This document shows positions 52,483 to 64,000 of a DNA stretch of 64,000 nucleotides, piece after piece (position 1 is the first letter of the stretch; every line of letters begins with the position of its first letter). Source of the DNA: Selaginella moellendorffii (Eukaryota > Plantae > Lycopodiophyta); contig NW_003314399.1 in the NCBI RefSeq assembly GCF_000143415.4, positions 143,428 through 207,427 on the forward strand, written 5' to 3'. A program made the translations under genes and the position numbers. The notes under the pieces are model-generated. The model was not told where the DNA came from. It saw nothing but the letters and a program-made list of their open reading frames with translations, and ran no database searches.

Positions 52483-55400
52483 ATTGGTTTCTCAGGATTT
52501 TGGGATTTAACCTGGGACTATTTGGAGCTTCCAGAAGATGTCCATCATCGTCCAGTCTCCTGTCTGGACGATGACAACAGGATCTATCTTCTGCTGCAGA
52601 AACTAGAGGGTGGTGGCCCGGACTTAAATCAGATTCAGAACGGAGGTGGAAGAGCCATTTTCTGGTGCCTATCTGGTATTTTCAGTTCATCCGGCTGCAC
52701 ATCTTAACCGTTCTACTCTGGTAGTCTGGGGAGGAAAGCTTGTCATGGTGCGGCAGGACAGTATTTTTGTTTTGATCGTTAGATGTTTGTGTGCTTTTCC
52801 TTTCTAGTTTGGTTTCCAACAATCGTTTTCCTTTTTCCAGCAATCGTTGAGTGCGAGTCCATTTTGCATAGAGAAGTGTGTGATTCTCAATGCAACAAGT
52901 GATCAACGTTAACTACATTCCTTTGAACAATTTGGTCACCATGGTCACGGTATGGTGTTTCCCAGCCGAGAAATGCGATCGGTTGTGGCGTTTCTTCTCT
53001 ACAGCAGCATGGACCCGAGAACCTGAAAGCTGTTAAGGAGTTTTGGGGGCTGGCAAAGTGGGTACACCAAGCCATGGCTGCTGAAGAGTCCGGTTTAGCA
53101 ACACAGGCCATCTTGTGCTACATGTTTGAAATCTAAAACAAAACATTGTTATAGTACTTTTCATATAACTCCATTTACATATAGCTGCACATTCCTTGGT
53201 CTCAGGTTGGTCAACCGCCACAGACTCATGCCCACCAGACTCCTGCCAGTTAATTGCCACAACCTTAGCTTGCTCAACTACTACATGCAATCTTTATGCT
53301 TGGTTTAATAGCATGTTGGTGTTTAAATTGTAGTTGACTTGTGAACTTCATGAACTTGAATAAGACATAAGCACTATACATCTTTGATTATATGGTGTGT
53401 TATTTGTAAATTCCCTATATTGTAGTTGCTCAGAAAACCCACATGTGGCATAGTCTAGGTGGCATTCTCCAATCTAGATGCCAATGAGATGGACATATAG
53501 ACTATAAAATGATGGGTCATACATGTGGGTCATATATGTAGCATGGATGACCAATACCATATCCCATTGTCTAAGTGTAACTTAGGGTTCTTGAGGAGGA
53601 AAGGGTTTTTAATTTCACTAGTGTGGTTGTTGTGGCAGTGAAATTGGTTTGGTTTTTTGGCAGTGCCTAGAGACATCCATAATGAGTAAGTCTTGCTTAT
53701 AGCTCAAGTTTGTGAAATTGGACTCAAATGTAAATGTTGTAAACATGTGTATAAATTGCGGGGTTGCTATTAGGATTCAATTCCAACACTTTTTCATTTA
53801 GCAAGAGTGAAGATGAAGATGGAGATCTTGACATTTCAATGCTGAGTAGATGAATCTTTGAATTGGACAGTCTTCATTATGGTATTTCTTGTAGGGCTTC
53901 AATAATTTTGTGAGGTTGAGGGGATTTGCTAGTGCAGTGGCATTTCATATATGGATGCCCTTGAAGATTCTCGAAACAAAAACCAAAGCTTATCTTGCAA
54001 ATGATTTATATATGTAGTGAAGTAACCTAATGAATTGAAAATACCATATCAACACCAGAAATAGCTCAAAATTCTAAGGGCTCTTCTTCATTTTGAATAT
54101 GAGGTAATAGTCACTTATGCAGCCACCCTCTAGTTTTTGTAATAGAAGATAGGTTTTGTTGTTAGCCTTATGGTTCCAATTATTTATTGGAAGCTCTAAA
54201 TACTCTTAAGATTCATAGACTTTTGAGAATAACACTTCTTCTCTTTGGAACCTACTACATATTTTTTTTGGGCCACATAAAGTGGTGAAACTTCAAGGTC
54301 AATTTTTTGCAAACTTAGAAAATCCTGTAAATTAATCTTGGCTGTTAGTTTAGATATCTAGAGGGTTTAAGCTATACAAGATTTTAAGTTGTGCAAAATT
54401 GCAATGTCATTGTATTCATGTGTAAAGATAATAAAGGGAAGGCATGACAATGGTGATGCTAATACTAATATTGTGGTGGGGAGGCACAAGATGTTATAGA
54501 TGAGCTTCTAATTATGTAACTTATTTAGACAAGTTTTTGGCCATTTGATAGAATGACAAAGAGGAGGTGTTAAAGATATTCTTGAAGTAAGTAAATGTTA
54601 AAGAAAATAGGCAACTGTTAGTTTTAGGGGATGCCACTTAGGCACTAAAGGCATTTTCAACAAACATTTTATCATTTATAATGGTTTCAAAAGCCTCTAG
54701 GGCAAGTTAAGCAACTAAAATCATTTAGCTAGCAATAGCGAGAGATAGAGATTATGCTATAGGGTTAAGACAATTACTTGGTGGCTAGAGGATATAAGTT
54801 GTGGCTTAAGATGAAACACTAGTGCTCATATAATTTTTATATATTTTTAATTTAGTTGAAGTGAAAGAAGAGTCTCTCATTTAATAGTTTTGGGCATATA
54901 GAACTCAAATATTTCCAATAACAATGATATGGTGAAGCATAAAGCTCTAAAATTTCACATTCTTCACTTTTGGAATTTTTATAGGCAAGTACTCTATTCT
55001 TTTGTTGCTAAGTTGTGAGCATGTCTAGACTAAAAAGTCAATGTCGAATGTAAATTTCATGTTATGTAGTTTTGTACTAATCTGCATCTAGGAGATGAAT
55101 ATGCATAGTTGACTTTGGGAAAAAGGTAAGTCGTGCATATAACTTAATGAGAATAATAAGTAAAGATATTATATGATTGAAAATTTTATTTAATATATAA
55201 AAGTCAATTTCAGAGACAAGCATACTTAGTCATGACTATTTTAATATTTTTTGATAAGGTGGTTAGTGTTTATTGACTTTGGTTAGGTGGTTCTAAACTT
55301 TAAAATATTGATAAGAACTTGAGATTTGTTGTGCAACACTTTAATTGTTAACTTGAACACTTCACATGAGTGGATTGTGTAGAGTGCTAATTATTATGAA

Positions 55401-57575
55401 ATGAGGCATGCAATGTAGATTCATGATATAATCATAGTTGTGAGATAGTTAGTGTGATTTTTTACTTTTTAATATATTTCTTTGAACTAATATTAGGTTT
55501 GAATATAGGCTGAATAATATTTGAAATTTAAGTGTAAGTTATTCCCAGTCACTATTCATAAAAAACTGAGGCCATTTTACATTAAGGGGATTCAAGAGTT
55601 CAATAGTTATTATTACTTACTCTGTATACAACTGAATATGCTTTGTATTGTTGTTTCACACTTAAGTGGGTTTGTTCATGAGGTGAATTATGATTACATC
55701 TGTAGTACATGCACAAATCTGGAGCTTCCATGCATAGGTGAAATCTCCAAGTTGACTAAGATAATTGCAAATTTCCTTTGCCATGTGAAGAGAGAAGATT
55801 TTGCACCTAAATATCTTCAAAGGGAATGTCAATGTTGCACTTGTAATAAGTTTATTATTTGTCAAAATATCATATTTGCAAATCAAGTGGTGCTTATGGA
55901 CAAGTTAAATACACAAATAATAAGGGTGTGCTAAAGAAGTGACTATAGTTTATATATCGTGAGGTATTTATGAATTAATTGGTTCAATTTTTTAGGGATA
56001 ATCTCAACTATTATACTTCTCATTGTCACACATACAAATGGCAAGTAAAACAATTGAAGTTGATATCAAATGATGTTCTAGAAAATTCTATTGTGTCAAT
56101 TATTGATTTTCCCAATAATTACTCCACTGTTTCTTAGGCACAAACTCAAATACCAACAACAATAACAACAAAAATCCTCAAGCTTAAACCTCAACAACAT
56201 ATGAAAACTTAATTTGAATTTTTTTTCTCATCAAGATTTTTAAACAATCAAGCTCTGAGTTGGAGTCAGTCCACTTTACTTGAAGGGTAAGCTTTTTAAA
56301 AAAGAACCAAACAGTATCAAAACACAAACAACAAATAGTACTACTAGTGTTTGCAACATGTAAGTCTAAGGTGGTTAAGTTTAAAAACTCTATTATTAGT
56401 AAACTCTATTATTGGTAACAAGATGATATAGGGATTGAATTTGATTATAGAATCCCATTTTTTTTATGGTCTTCCTTGGTCAACTGCTCATATATTTGAT
56501 TTGACTAAAGGTTGAATTTTAGAAAAATGAGGAGGCAACTGAAATTAAACTAATGACACATCGACTACATCCAACTACAACCAATTGCTCTACCACTAAA
56601 CTATACCTACTTAGTAATTAAATGTAATAAACTTAATAAAAATTGTTGTATAGGCAATGAGGATCATACTGAATTTGATTATTTGAGCAAAGCTACTGTT
56701 ATATTTGAGAACTACATTATCTTCTATAAAGACCATTTTCACAAGGTGAAAATAAAGAGGCAATAAGGATTAAATGCTACTGAACTATACATTTTTAATC
56801 ATTAAATGCAATTAGTTTAACATTAATGTTTTGTGACCTAATAATGTAGTTGGTTTGTTAACAAGTTTGATTTGGGTGATGAAAGGTATGTGATAAGATT
56901 TGCTAATGAAATATTTTAAAGAAAGAGGTAATAAATTGAATAGGTGATATGCATAATTACAATTCTTCCTCATGACCAAGAAATTATACTGTTGAGATTA
57001 ACAAATAGACAAAGGCTTGTTAATATGGACTTGTTAAGTTGGTTGATTGCTGATAGACTAGGATTTTCTTAGTAAAAATATTCAATTTAAATGAGTTTTT
57101 AATTATATGCATAAAAAAATTAATAAAAAGAATTATTAAAATTAAAAATTAAGTATCTAGTAGAACATCTGTGGTGGCAGGATGAGAGGTGTCACTTCAC
57201 ATGCATACATCATGGCTATCAATATGGTATTTTACTTTGATATTAATATTATATTTTTATATATCAAAACTTTTGATATAACCAAAAAACTATTCTTCGA
57301 AAAATGGAAGAAATTTATTTAAGCTTTTCTTTGTGCCTAAGCCACAATTGAGCTTAAGTTATTTTGGAATTTTTATATTTGCAGAAGCCATAATCAAGTT
57401 AACAAATTAAAAGGAGAGCATAACAAACTCCAAGCTACATAAGAGTGTCTTTGATCACCAAACTTTTGGCAATCTTAGATTTGAGCTGGTATGTTCTAAT
57501 GAAGATACTCTTAGGAAGATTCTTGTATATACTCTTCAAGAAGATTCCCGGAATAAACTATTTCCGTAAAGTAAG

Positions 57576-57917
57576 GTGGTGAAAAGGCTGGCTGTGAAGA
57601 AGCTGAAGCAATGCAGGCAGCAACTGGCCGATCTCCCTGACGACTTGCTTCTTCTCATCCTGAGCAGATTTAACGATGGATTCGAGCAATCCAAACAGCT
57701 TCCCAGCTTAAGGCTTGGATTGAAATTCTGGTTTGCTATAGATCCCATGTTCCTCGTCAGTATGGAAACTTTACACTCTCTAGAGCTAGTATCCCCATCA
57801 CGATGGACCTCTAGGCCTGCAGATGTTAACCAGTTACTCTGTCCATTGCTACAGGTTTGTGAGATAGATTGTATTACAGGCCGCAAAGGGAGATCAACAT
57901 TACAGGCTATGCTATAG
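57576..57917 (+). pseudogene. F-box-like gene fragment
   Basis: QQLADLPDDLLLLILSRF resembles an F-box N-terminus; no ATG-initiated complete gene visible. Confidence 0.45.
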
Positions 57918-58239
57918 GATGTGTGGGTTCCTTGTTAAGTCTCCAATGCTGGAAACACTAGAGCTTATTAAAGGGACTCGATGATTATCCAGACCTGCGT
58001 TACATGCTGGTTAGATCTCTATCAAATAAGAACAGAGCCCGACCTGAGAACAGATCGTCCGCTCTCGAGCCCGGCTCTGTTCTCGGGCTTCTTGTCAAAC
58101 AACGGGGCTCGCCCTCCGGAGAATCGGAGATTCACGGCTGATCACCGATTTGGGCAGCTCAAAGAAAACCTTGAAAGCAGGGCATATGTGCTCGTGTCTC
58201 ACCTCCTAGCGGCCGGAATTCAGGTTAGGGTTCTTGGCA

Positions 58240-61200
58240 GCTGCCATGCTTGCAAGAAAGAAGGCGGAGGCGAAGCGTGTGAAGGCGCGGCTCCGCGATG
58301 TGGATTTCGCCAGGCTTCAGGCTCCAGGCCGGTCGCAGACGTTGCCCTTTCCAGGTTTGAGTACCTCCGCCGTAGGCAAGAGGCCACCACGGGAATTTGA
58401 GTTTGTGGGTCGTTCGGCGTACTCGGACATCATGAGGCTGGTTATAGAAGAAGACCCACAATCCCCGACTCGGGGCCTGCTCATTACTGGTGCCAGGGGG
58501 AAAGGAAAGAGTTGCATGTTGCGAGCGGTTGCAGTGGAGCTTGTTGGACGCTCTCAACGAGCAATATGCTTTTGGTACCTGGACGCTTGTCAGGACGTGC
58601 TGCGCCAAGTTCAGGACTCTCTTCTGTTTGCATACAGTGACAGTGAGGAAGCGCTTGCAGAGATTGAACGCGTCAGCTCTGTGGAGTCGTTGTCTGGCTT
58701 TCTCGAGGGCAGAAAGGCGGCTGGGGATTTTATTTTCTTTGTGAGTGATGATGAGGAGAACTACGATGATCAACACAAGGATGGTACTTCACGCAGGCGA
58801 GCTGAGGCGAAGAAGTGGCTGGAAGCTTTGCAAAGAGGGTGCGACGTTGTAATCAAGACCTTGTCGCCTGAAGCTCATGACGTGAGAGTGGGCGCAAGCC
58901 AGATGGAAGAGTACGAGCTGAAAGATAACTTTGGCGAGGTAAGCCTCATTCCCTTTTGTTTTTTCCGGGTGCTTTTTTATTGAATTATCCGCGCTACAGG
59001 AGGAGTATTCTTCGTTCATAAGAGGAACCACCACCGTCCTTGGAGGGATGCTCAAGAACCATCCGGACCGTGAGGAGGATGTTCTCTTGTTTGCTGGAAA
59101 GCACCCCATGTCCTTGTTCTACCTCAGCAGTGCGTGTGACGAGTATGTACGAGACATCACCGGTATCTCCTGTTCAAGGAAAAGGCCCAGGCTTAAAAGT
59201 TTTGGGATGATAGATGTCCAAACGGGTGAAACGCGAGTGTACGAAGATCCTGGGAAGATGGAACTAGAGGGTTTCCTAGATGATGAGCAGGCGTGGCAGG
59301 CGGTGCTGCTGAAGTTTAAGCAGGGAGAACCATTCAAATCCATACGGAAGTACATCAAGGATTACAGGGGCCCGGAGGAATCTTTACGTGATCCTGCATC
59401 GGTGTCCAAGAGTTTTGTCAGCGGAGATGGTAGTTTCTGCACCGACTTCATCTATGCAGTCCATTTAGAGGCAGCTTTGGAGCGCTTGAAGGGCTTGGTT
59501 TTCCGTTCACCGACATTCCAGGCCATTGTGCAGGGTAAACTCGATGACCCGGACATCATCTGGTCCCATATCGGATGGGCCTGCGAGGGGTTTGTAGCAG
59601 AGGCTATCATGGCGGTGGGGCTGAAATTCAAGCAGCGTGTGCGTCGTCCAGTGGAGCTGAAGAGTCTAAACGGTGAACCCGTGCGGTTAGATCCAAGCCA
59701 GTGGGAGCCTTTCAAGCCTGTGTACCTGAAACCAGGCAGGTACTCTTTCAAGTACATTGACGGGGTTATCGCGTGGGTTGACGAGAAAGGGGTGTTGCAT
59801 TTCTTAGCGCTTCAGGTGACGGTCAGCCCGGAGGGACACACCAAAACGGAGTATCAGTTCATGCAACGAGCACAAGTGGAACGCTGGTACACTGGACCCT
59901 GCATCTGGTACTATGTTTACCTCTGCCCTGTGAAGGTAGAATCGTTGGAGGAGTCCCGGAAGGCTTCTTCTTCCAGAGGAGGTTCATCGCCCACGTCCAG
60001 CAGGCCGGTTCAGTCACAAGAGACGTTGGTGGAGTACCAGAGGGAACAGCTCCAGTTTGATCAGTGCTTTGACCAAAATCTGGGACAGGAGGAAGTGTTG
60101 CTCCTCCGGAAGCTCGGGGAAGTCAGGGAGAGGGAAATGGAACGGAGGAAGAAGGCCAAAGCCATGCAAGAGCACAGCTATCGCCAACTTCTAAAGAGCT
60201 TGCCTCCTCGGAAATGGGCACTCTACAAGAGACTGAAGACGAGAGAATTGCTGGAAGTGGAGGCCAAGAAATGCGGCATCAGTGACCCCTCCCCCAAGAA
60301 CTACAAGAACATCTACGTCTTGCTTTCAGCCATGGACGTTTAAATTAGTTTCTCAGGATTTTGGGATTTAACCTGGGACTATTTGGAGCTTCCAGAAGAT
60401 GTCCATCATCGTCCAGTCTCCTGTCTGGACGATGACGACAGGATCTATCTTCTAACTAGAGGGTGGCGGCCCGGACTTAAATCAGATTCAAGAGCCCCTG
60501 GAAGAGCCCTTTCTGGTGCCTATCTGGTATTTTCAATTCATCCGGCTGCACATCTTAACCGTTCTAATCTGGTAGTCTTGGGAGGAAAGCTTGTCATGGT
60601 GCGGCCGGACAGTATTTTCGTTTTGATCAGTAGATGTTTGTGTGTTTTTCCTTTCTAGTTTGGTTTCCAACAATCTTTTTCCTTTTTCCAGCAATCGTTG
60701 AGTACGAGTCCAGGCTTCCACTTTTTGCATAGAGAAGTGTATGATTCTCAATGCAACAAGTTAACTTTTTGATCAACGTTAAGTACATTCCTTTGAACAA
60801 TTTGGTCACCATGGTCACGCTATGGTTCATTGGCTCCCTGTTTCCCATGGCGTTTCTTCTCTATGTCTCAGCAGCATGGACCGGAGAACCTGAAGGATGT
60901 TGAGGAGTTTTGGGGGCTGGCAAAGTGGGTACTGGACCAAGCCATGGCTGCTGAGGAGTCCGGTTTAGCAACGCAGGCCATCTTGTGCTACATATTTGAA
61001 ATTTAAAACAAAACGTTGTTATAGTACTTTACATATAACTCCATTTACATATAGCTCCACATTATCCATCATCCTTGCTCTCAGGTTGGTCAACCGCCAC
61101 AGACTCATGCCAGTTAATTGCCACAACCTCAGCTTGCTCAACTATTACATGCAGTCTTCATGCTTAGTTTAATGGGTGGAGCATGCTTTGGTGTTTAAGT

Positions 61201-62136
61201 TGTAGTTGACTTGTGAACTTCATGAACTTGAATAACAAACATTAACATAAGCAATATACATCTTTGATTGTATAGTGTGATATTTGTAAGTTCCCTATAT
61301 TGTACTTGCACAGGAAACCCACAGGAAACCCACGTGTGGCATAGTCCAATTTAGATGTCAATGAGATGGGCATATATGTGGTACATGGCTATAAAATGAT
61401 GAGTCATACATGTGGGTCATATATATGGCACAACATCCCATTCATCATCAAGTGTGACTTAGGGTTGTTGAGGAGGAAAGGATTTTTGGAGTTATGTCAT
61501 TCAATTTTAATAGTGTGGTTGTTGTGGTAGTGAAATTGGTTTGGTTTTTTGGTGGTGATTAGAGATATCCATAATGAGTGAGTAAGTTTTGCCTATAGCT
61601 TAGATTCATGAAATTGAACTTAAATGCAAATATTGCAAACATATGTATTACAAACAAAGTGTGGGGTTGCTATTAGGCTTTAATTCTAACACTTCTTCAA
61701 CTAATGAAAGTGAAGATGAAGATGAATGAGTAGATGAATTTTTAAATTGAAGAGTCTTTATTAAAGTACTTCTTGTAGGGCTTCAATAACTTTTTGAGGT
61801 TGAGGGGATTTGCTATTGTACTGGCATTTCTTGTATGGATGCACTTGAAAATTCTTGAAACAAAAACCATGGCTTATCTTGCAAATTATTTGGGAATTAT
61901 ATGGCCAACACTATACAAATATATACAAATGGTGGATACAAATTGGAGGGGGGTGTACCATAGGATACCAACAGACGAAGTTTTTAACCATATTTGGACT
62001 AATATTCCTATGAATTGTGTAAGGACAAATTAGAGAATTATTAACTCCCACTCTTGTTGTTGAGCAACTAATTATCATTTTAGTAGGCATTAAATTTATG
62101 AGGTTTTAGCTTTACAAGAAGGTTGTAAAGTATGCA
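58240..62136. repeat. Duplication unit C (NTPase-nuclease gene + AT-rich tail, no TRM2)
   Basis: Similarity to A and B starts at GCTGCCATG and continues to AAAGTATGCA (matches 42947 in A). Confidence 0.88.
58246..60343 (+). CDS. P-loop NTPase + PD-(D/E)xK-like nuclease protein (CR-like), copy C; exons 58246-58938 and 59000-60343, ~678 aa
   Basis: Same motifs and intron position as copy B; both exons are open. Confidence 0.75.
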
Positions 62137-62877
62137 TTTGTCATGAATTTATCGACAGATCTATACCAATAAAACACCTTATACACTATGCAATATGGAT
62201 TATAAGTGTCTTTCTTCCTTTTCCAACCATTATTTTTGTGTTTTTATAGCATATTACAAACTTGTAACTTACAAATTTTACATCTATGCCATGATATGTG
62301 GGGCAACACATTTTATTGTGGCCTGTGAGGTATCTACAAGTAAAGAAGCCTATACTATTTTCAACACATATGTATGGGTTGTATGTCACTTTGGGAGGCC
62401 AAAATGAATAAGGAGTGGTAATGCTCCAAAATATAATGGCGTGAAGGCTGATATGATCTAGTGTTGGGGAGTAGATATAAGAAACTTTAGATATAGAACA
62501 TAGATAGGTAGTTTTATGTTTATTTGAAATTTACCTTTCTAGGAGTTTTTTATTAAAATGCATTAAGTATTTATGGTGAGAATTGTACAAGTGAGTGGTG
62601 CGGTTTTACAAGCATTTTTTTGAGTCTATTGAGGATATTGGTATTCTTGATATAAGTAATGCATAACATAGATAAAGCTTACAAAGTGTATTTTCGCTTT
62701 ATTTTGTAAAAAGATATTGTTGATTGTGTTGCAATATGGAATCTACACAAGGTTCGTCCTTTTAGATGTGATAAATACTTCAAAACATCCCATATCCCTA
62801 TTAATTTATTCTAATAGATGGAGTTGTAAACAATTAATTTTTCCATTCTACTTTAGTCACTTAACCACACCTTCGGC

Positions 62878-63116
62878 CACTTGAAGGAGTCTCACTCACA
62901 ACCTCCGTAAGTCTTATTCTGGACTTAGGGTTTGTTATCCCCGAGAATGGCATCTATGCCACTCCACCTTTGCATTTGGTCCAAGTGCTTCACTTGAAGG
63001 AGTCTCACTCACAACCTCCTCACAACCTCCGTAAGTCTTATTCTGGACTTGGGGTTTGTTATCCCCGAGAATGGCATCTATGCCACTCCACTTTTGCACT
63101 TGGTCCAAGTGCTTCA
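62878..63116. repeat. Tandem direct duplication, ~113-bp unit x2 (second copy has an internal TCACAACCTCC duplication)
   Basis: CACTTGAAGGAGTCTCACTCACAACCTCC...GGTCCAAGTGCTT at 62878 and 62991. Confidence 0.9.
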
Positions 63117-63407
63117 TGTGTCCAATCCCATGACTAACACCCCAAGGTTCCACTGACATAACAGCCTGTTACGCTATGCCCATTCATCTTGGTCACACTA
63201 GTGGTATAATACCACCTGCACCATAATCCTATCTCTTAAAGACTGGGCCATCCGTCCATGAGTGATCATCCTAGATCTACTCCTTAGCACCCTTAGTGTG
63301 TCTGTAAACATGGAGAACAGCCTTCCCCAATATCCCTTTTTCGGTCCCCACCAAGTCCCTTTTCGACCATAGCCGTGTTCTCCAACACTACCACTGGATT
63401 AAGGCCC

Positions 63408-63459
63408 TGTAAGCTCTTGAGTTTGGACTTCCCAGGAGGTCACCCAGCCTAGTACTACT
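63408..63459 (-). repeat. Partial extra copy of the TRIM LTR end (C-box half of the 5S domain)
   Basis: TGTAAGCTCTTGAGTTTGGACTTCCCAGGAGGTCACCCAGCCTAGTACTA repeated 58 bp before the LTR at 63466. Confidence 0.9.
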
Positions 63460-63465
63460 TAATCC

Positions 63466-64000
63466 TGTAAGCTCTTGAGTTTGGACTTCCCAGGAGGTCA
63501 CCCAGCCTAGTACTATTCAAACCCAATAACGCTTAACTCCAAAATATCCCAAAACCCTTAATCGATTGGAAAAGGGGGTGCACTCTTATTCACGGGCCCT
63601 TTCCCTCTATATTTGAACCCCATGGATCGTCTCTCGAGTCATTCCCTTTGGTTGCTTACAATCCACCACGCTTCCCTGCAAGTTCACGCCTTCGTGAACG
63701 GAAGCTGAGAGCCGCAGCTCTCCCGAGAGCCCCGCTCTCTTGACACCCTACCCCTCGGGTCGAGCCTAGCGGGAGCAAACTGGACCAGCCAGATGTCAAT
63801 CAACATGTGGTGTGATTCTTCTAGCCAACCAACAAAGTCGGACTCGAGACCTCTTTAATACCAAATGTAAGCTTTTGAGTTTGGACTTCCCGGGAGGTCA
63901 CCCAGCCCAGTACTATTCAAACCCAAGGACGCTTAACTCTAAAATATCCCAAGACCCTTAACCGATTGGAAAAGGGGGTGCACTCTTATTCATGGGCCCT
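63466..64000 (-). mobile_element. Cassandra-like TRIM (non-autonomous LTR retrotransposon with a 5S rRNA-derived domain in its LTRs); 5' LTR cut by the window end
   Basis: LTR 63466-63660 bounded by TGTAAGC...GCTTACA; second LTR from 63866 (9 mismatches in 135 bp); minus-strand PBS-like TGGTATTAAAGAG ~63851-63863; PPT-like GGGAAGCGTGGTGGAT 63661-63676; 205-bp non-coding interior; 5S-like segments 63483-63538 and 63883-63938. Confidence 0.88.

Larger units (their letters stand above)
47840..54003. repeat. Segmental duplication unit B
   Basis: Begins AGTTTGAAATGTTATTGAGCTTC (matches 36409); similarity to A and C ends near AAGCTTATCTTGCAAA at ~54003. Confidence 0.9.

Noticed and set aside
55521-55934. 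137-aa ORF in the AT-rich region
   Set aside because: TTG start and no recognisable domain; cannot be supported, although a decayed TE origin is possible
63408-63520. CRISPR-like repeat array
   Set aside because: Eukaryotic context and only two adjacent copies without unique spacers; explained as LTR sequence
63483-63538. Functional 5S rRNA gene
   Set aside because: Only ~56 nt (A-box to C-box) match. The 5' and 3' ends of 5S are absent and the segment is embedded in LTRs

Overview
Eukaryotic land-plant nuclear DNA. Very short GT-AG introns (mostly 50-80 bp), tiny intergenic spacers and plant gene content point to a compact genome, most likely the lycophyte Selaginella (inference, not verified). 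Positions 1-38.5 kb are gene-dense: a DUF688-like gene, tRNA-Arg(ACG), a laccase pseudogene, GRXS15, RPL6, CAT9-like, a LysM-GPI protein, BAT1, SAICAR synthase, an F-box gene, an atypical thioredoxin, cytosolic PGI, PCH2, two OSB genes, plastid HSP90, a ULP1 protease, two FUSC/AaeB-like genes and TRM2. Positions 38.5-64 kb form an AT-rich accessory region. It holds three copies (two apparently intact, one frameshifted) of a P-loop NTPase + PD-(D/E)xK-like nuclease gene resembling Crinkler/RHS (CR) proteins, and a co-duplicated TRM2 pseudogene. It also holds a decayed Ty3/Gypsy element whose gag-pol junction keeps a canonical -1 frameshift signal (G GGA AAC plus an H-type pseudoknot). At the right edge is a ~600-bp TRIM whose LTRs carry a 5S rRNA internal-promoter domain (Cassandra-like). 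Spans of multi-exon genes were read by eye and may be off at individual splice sites or start codons.
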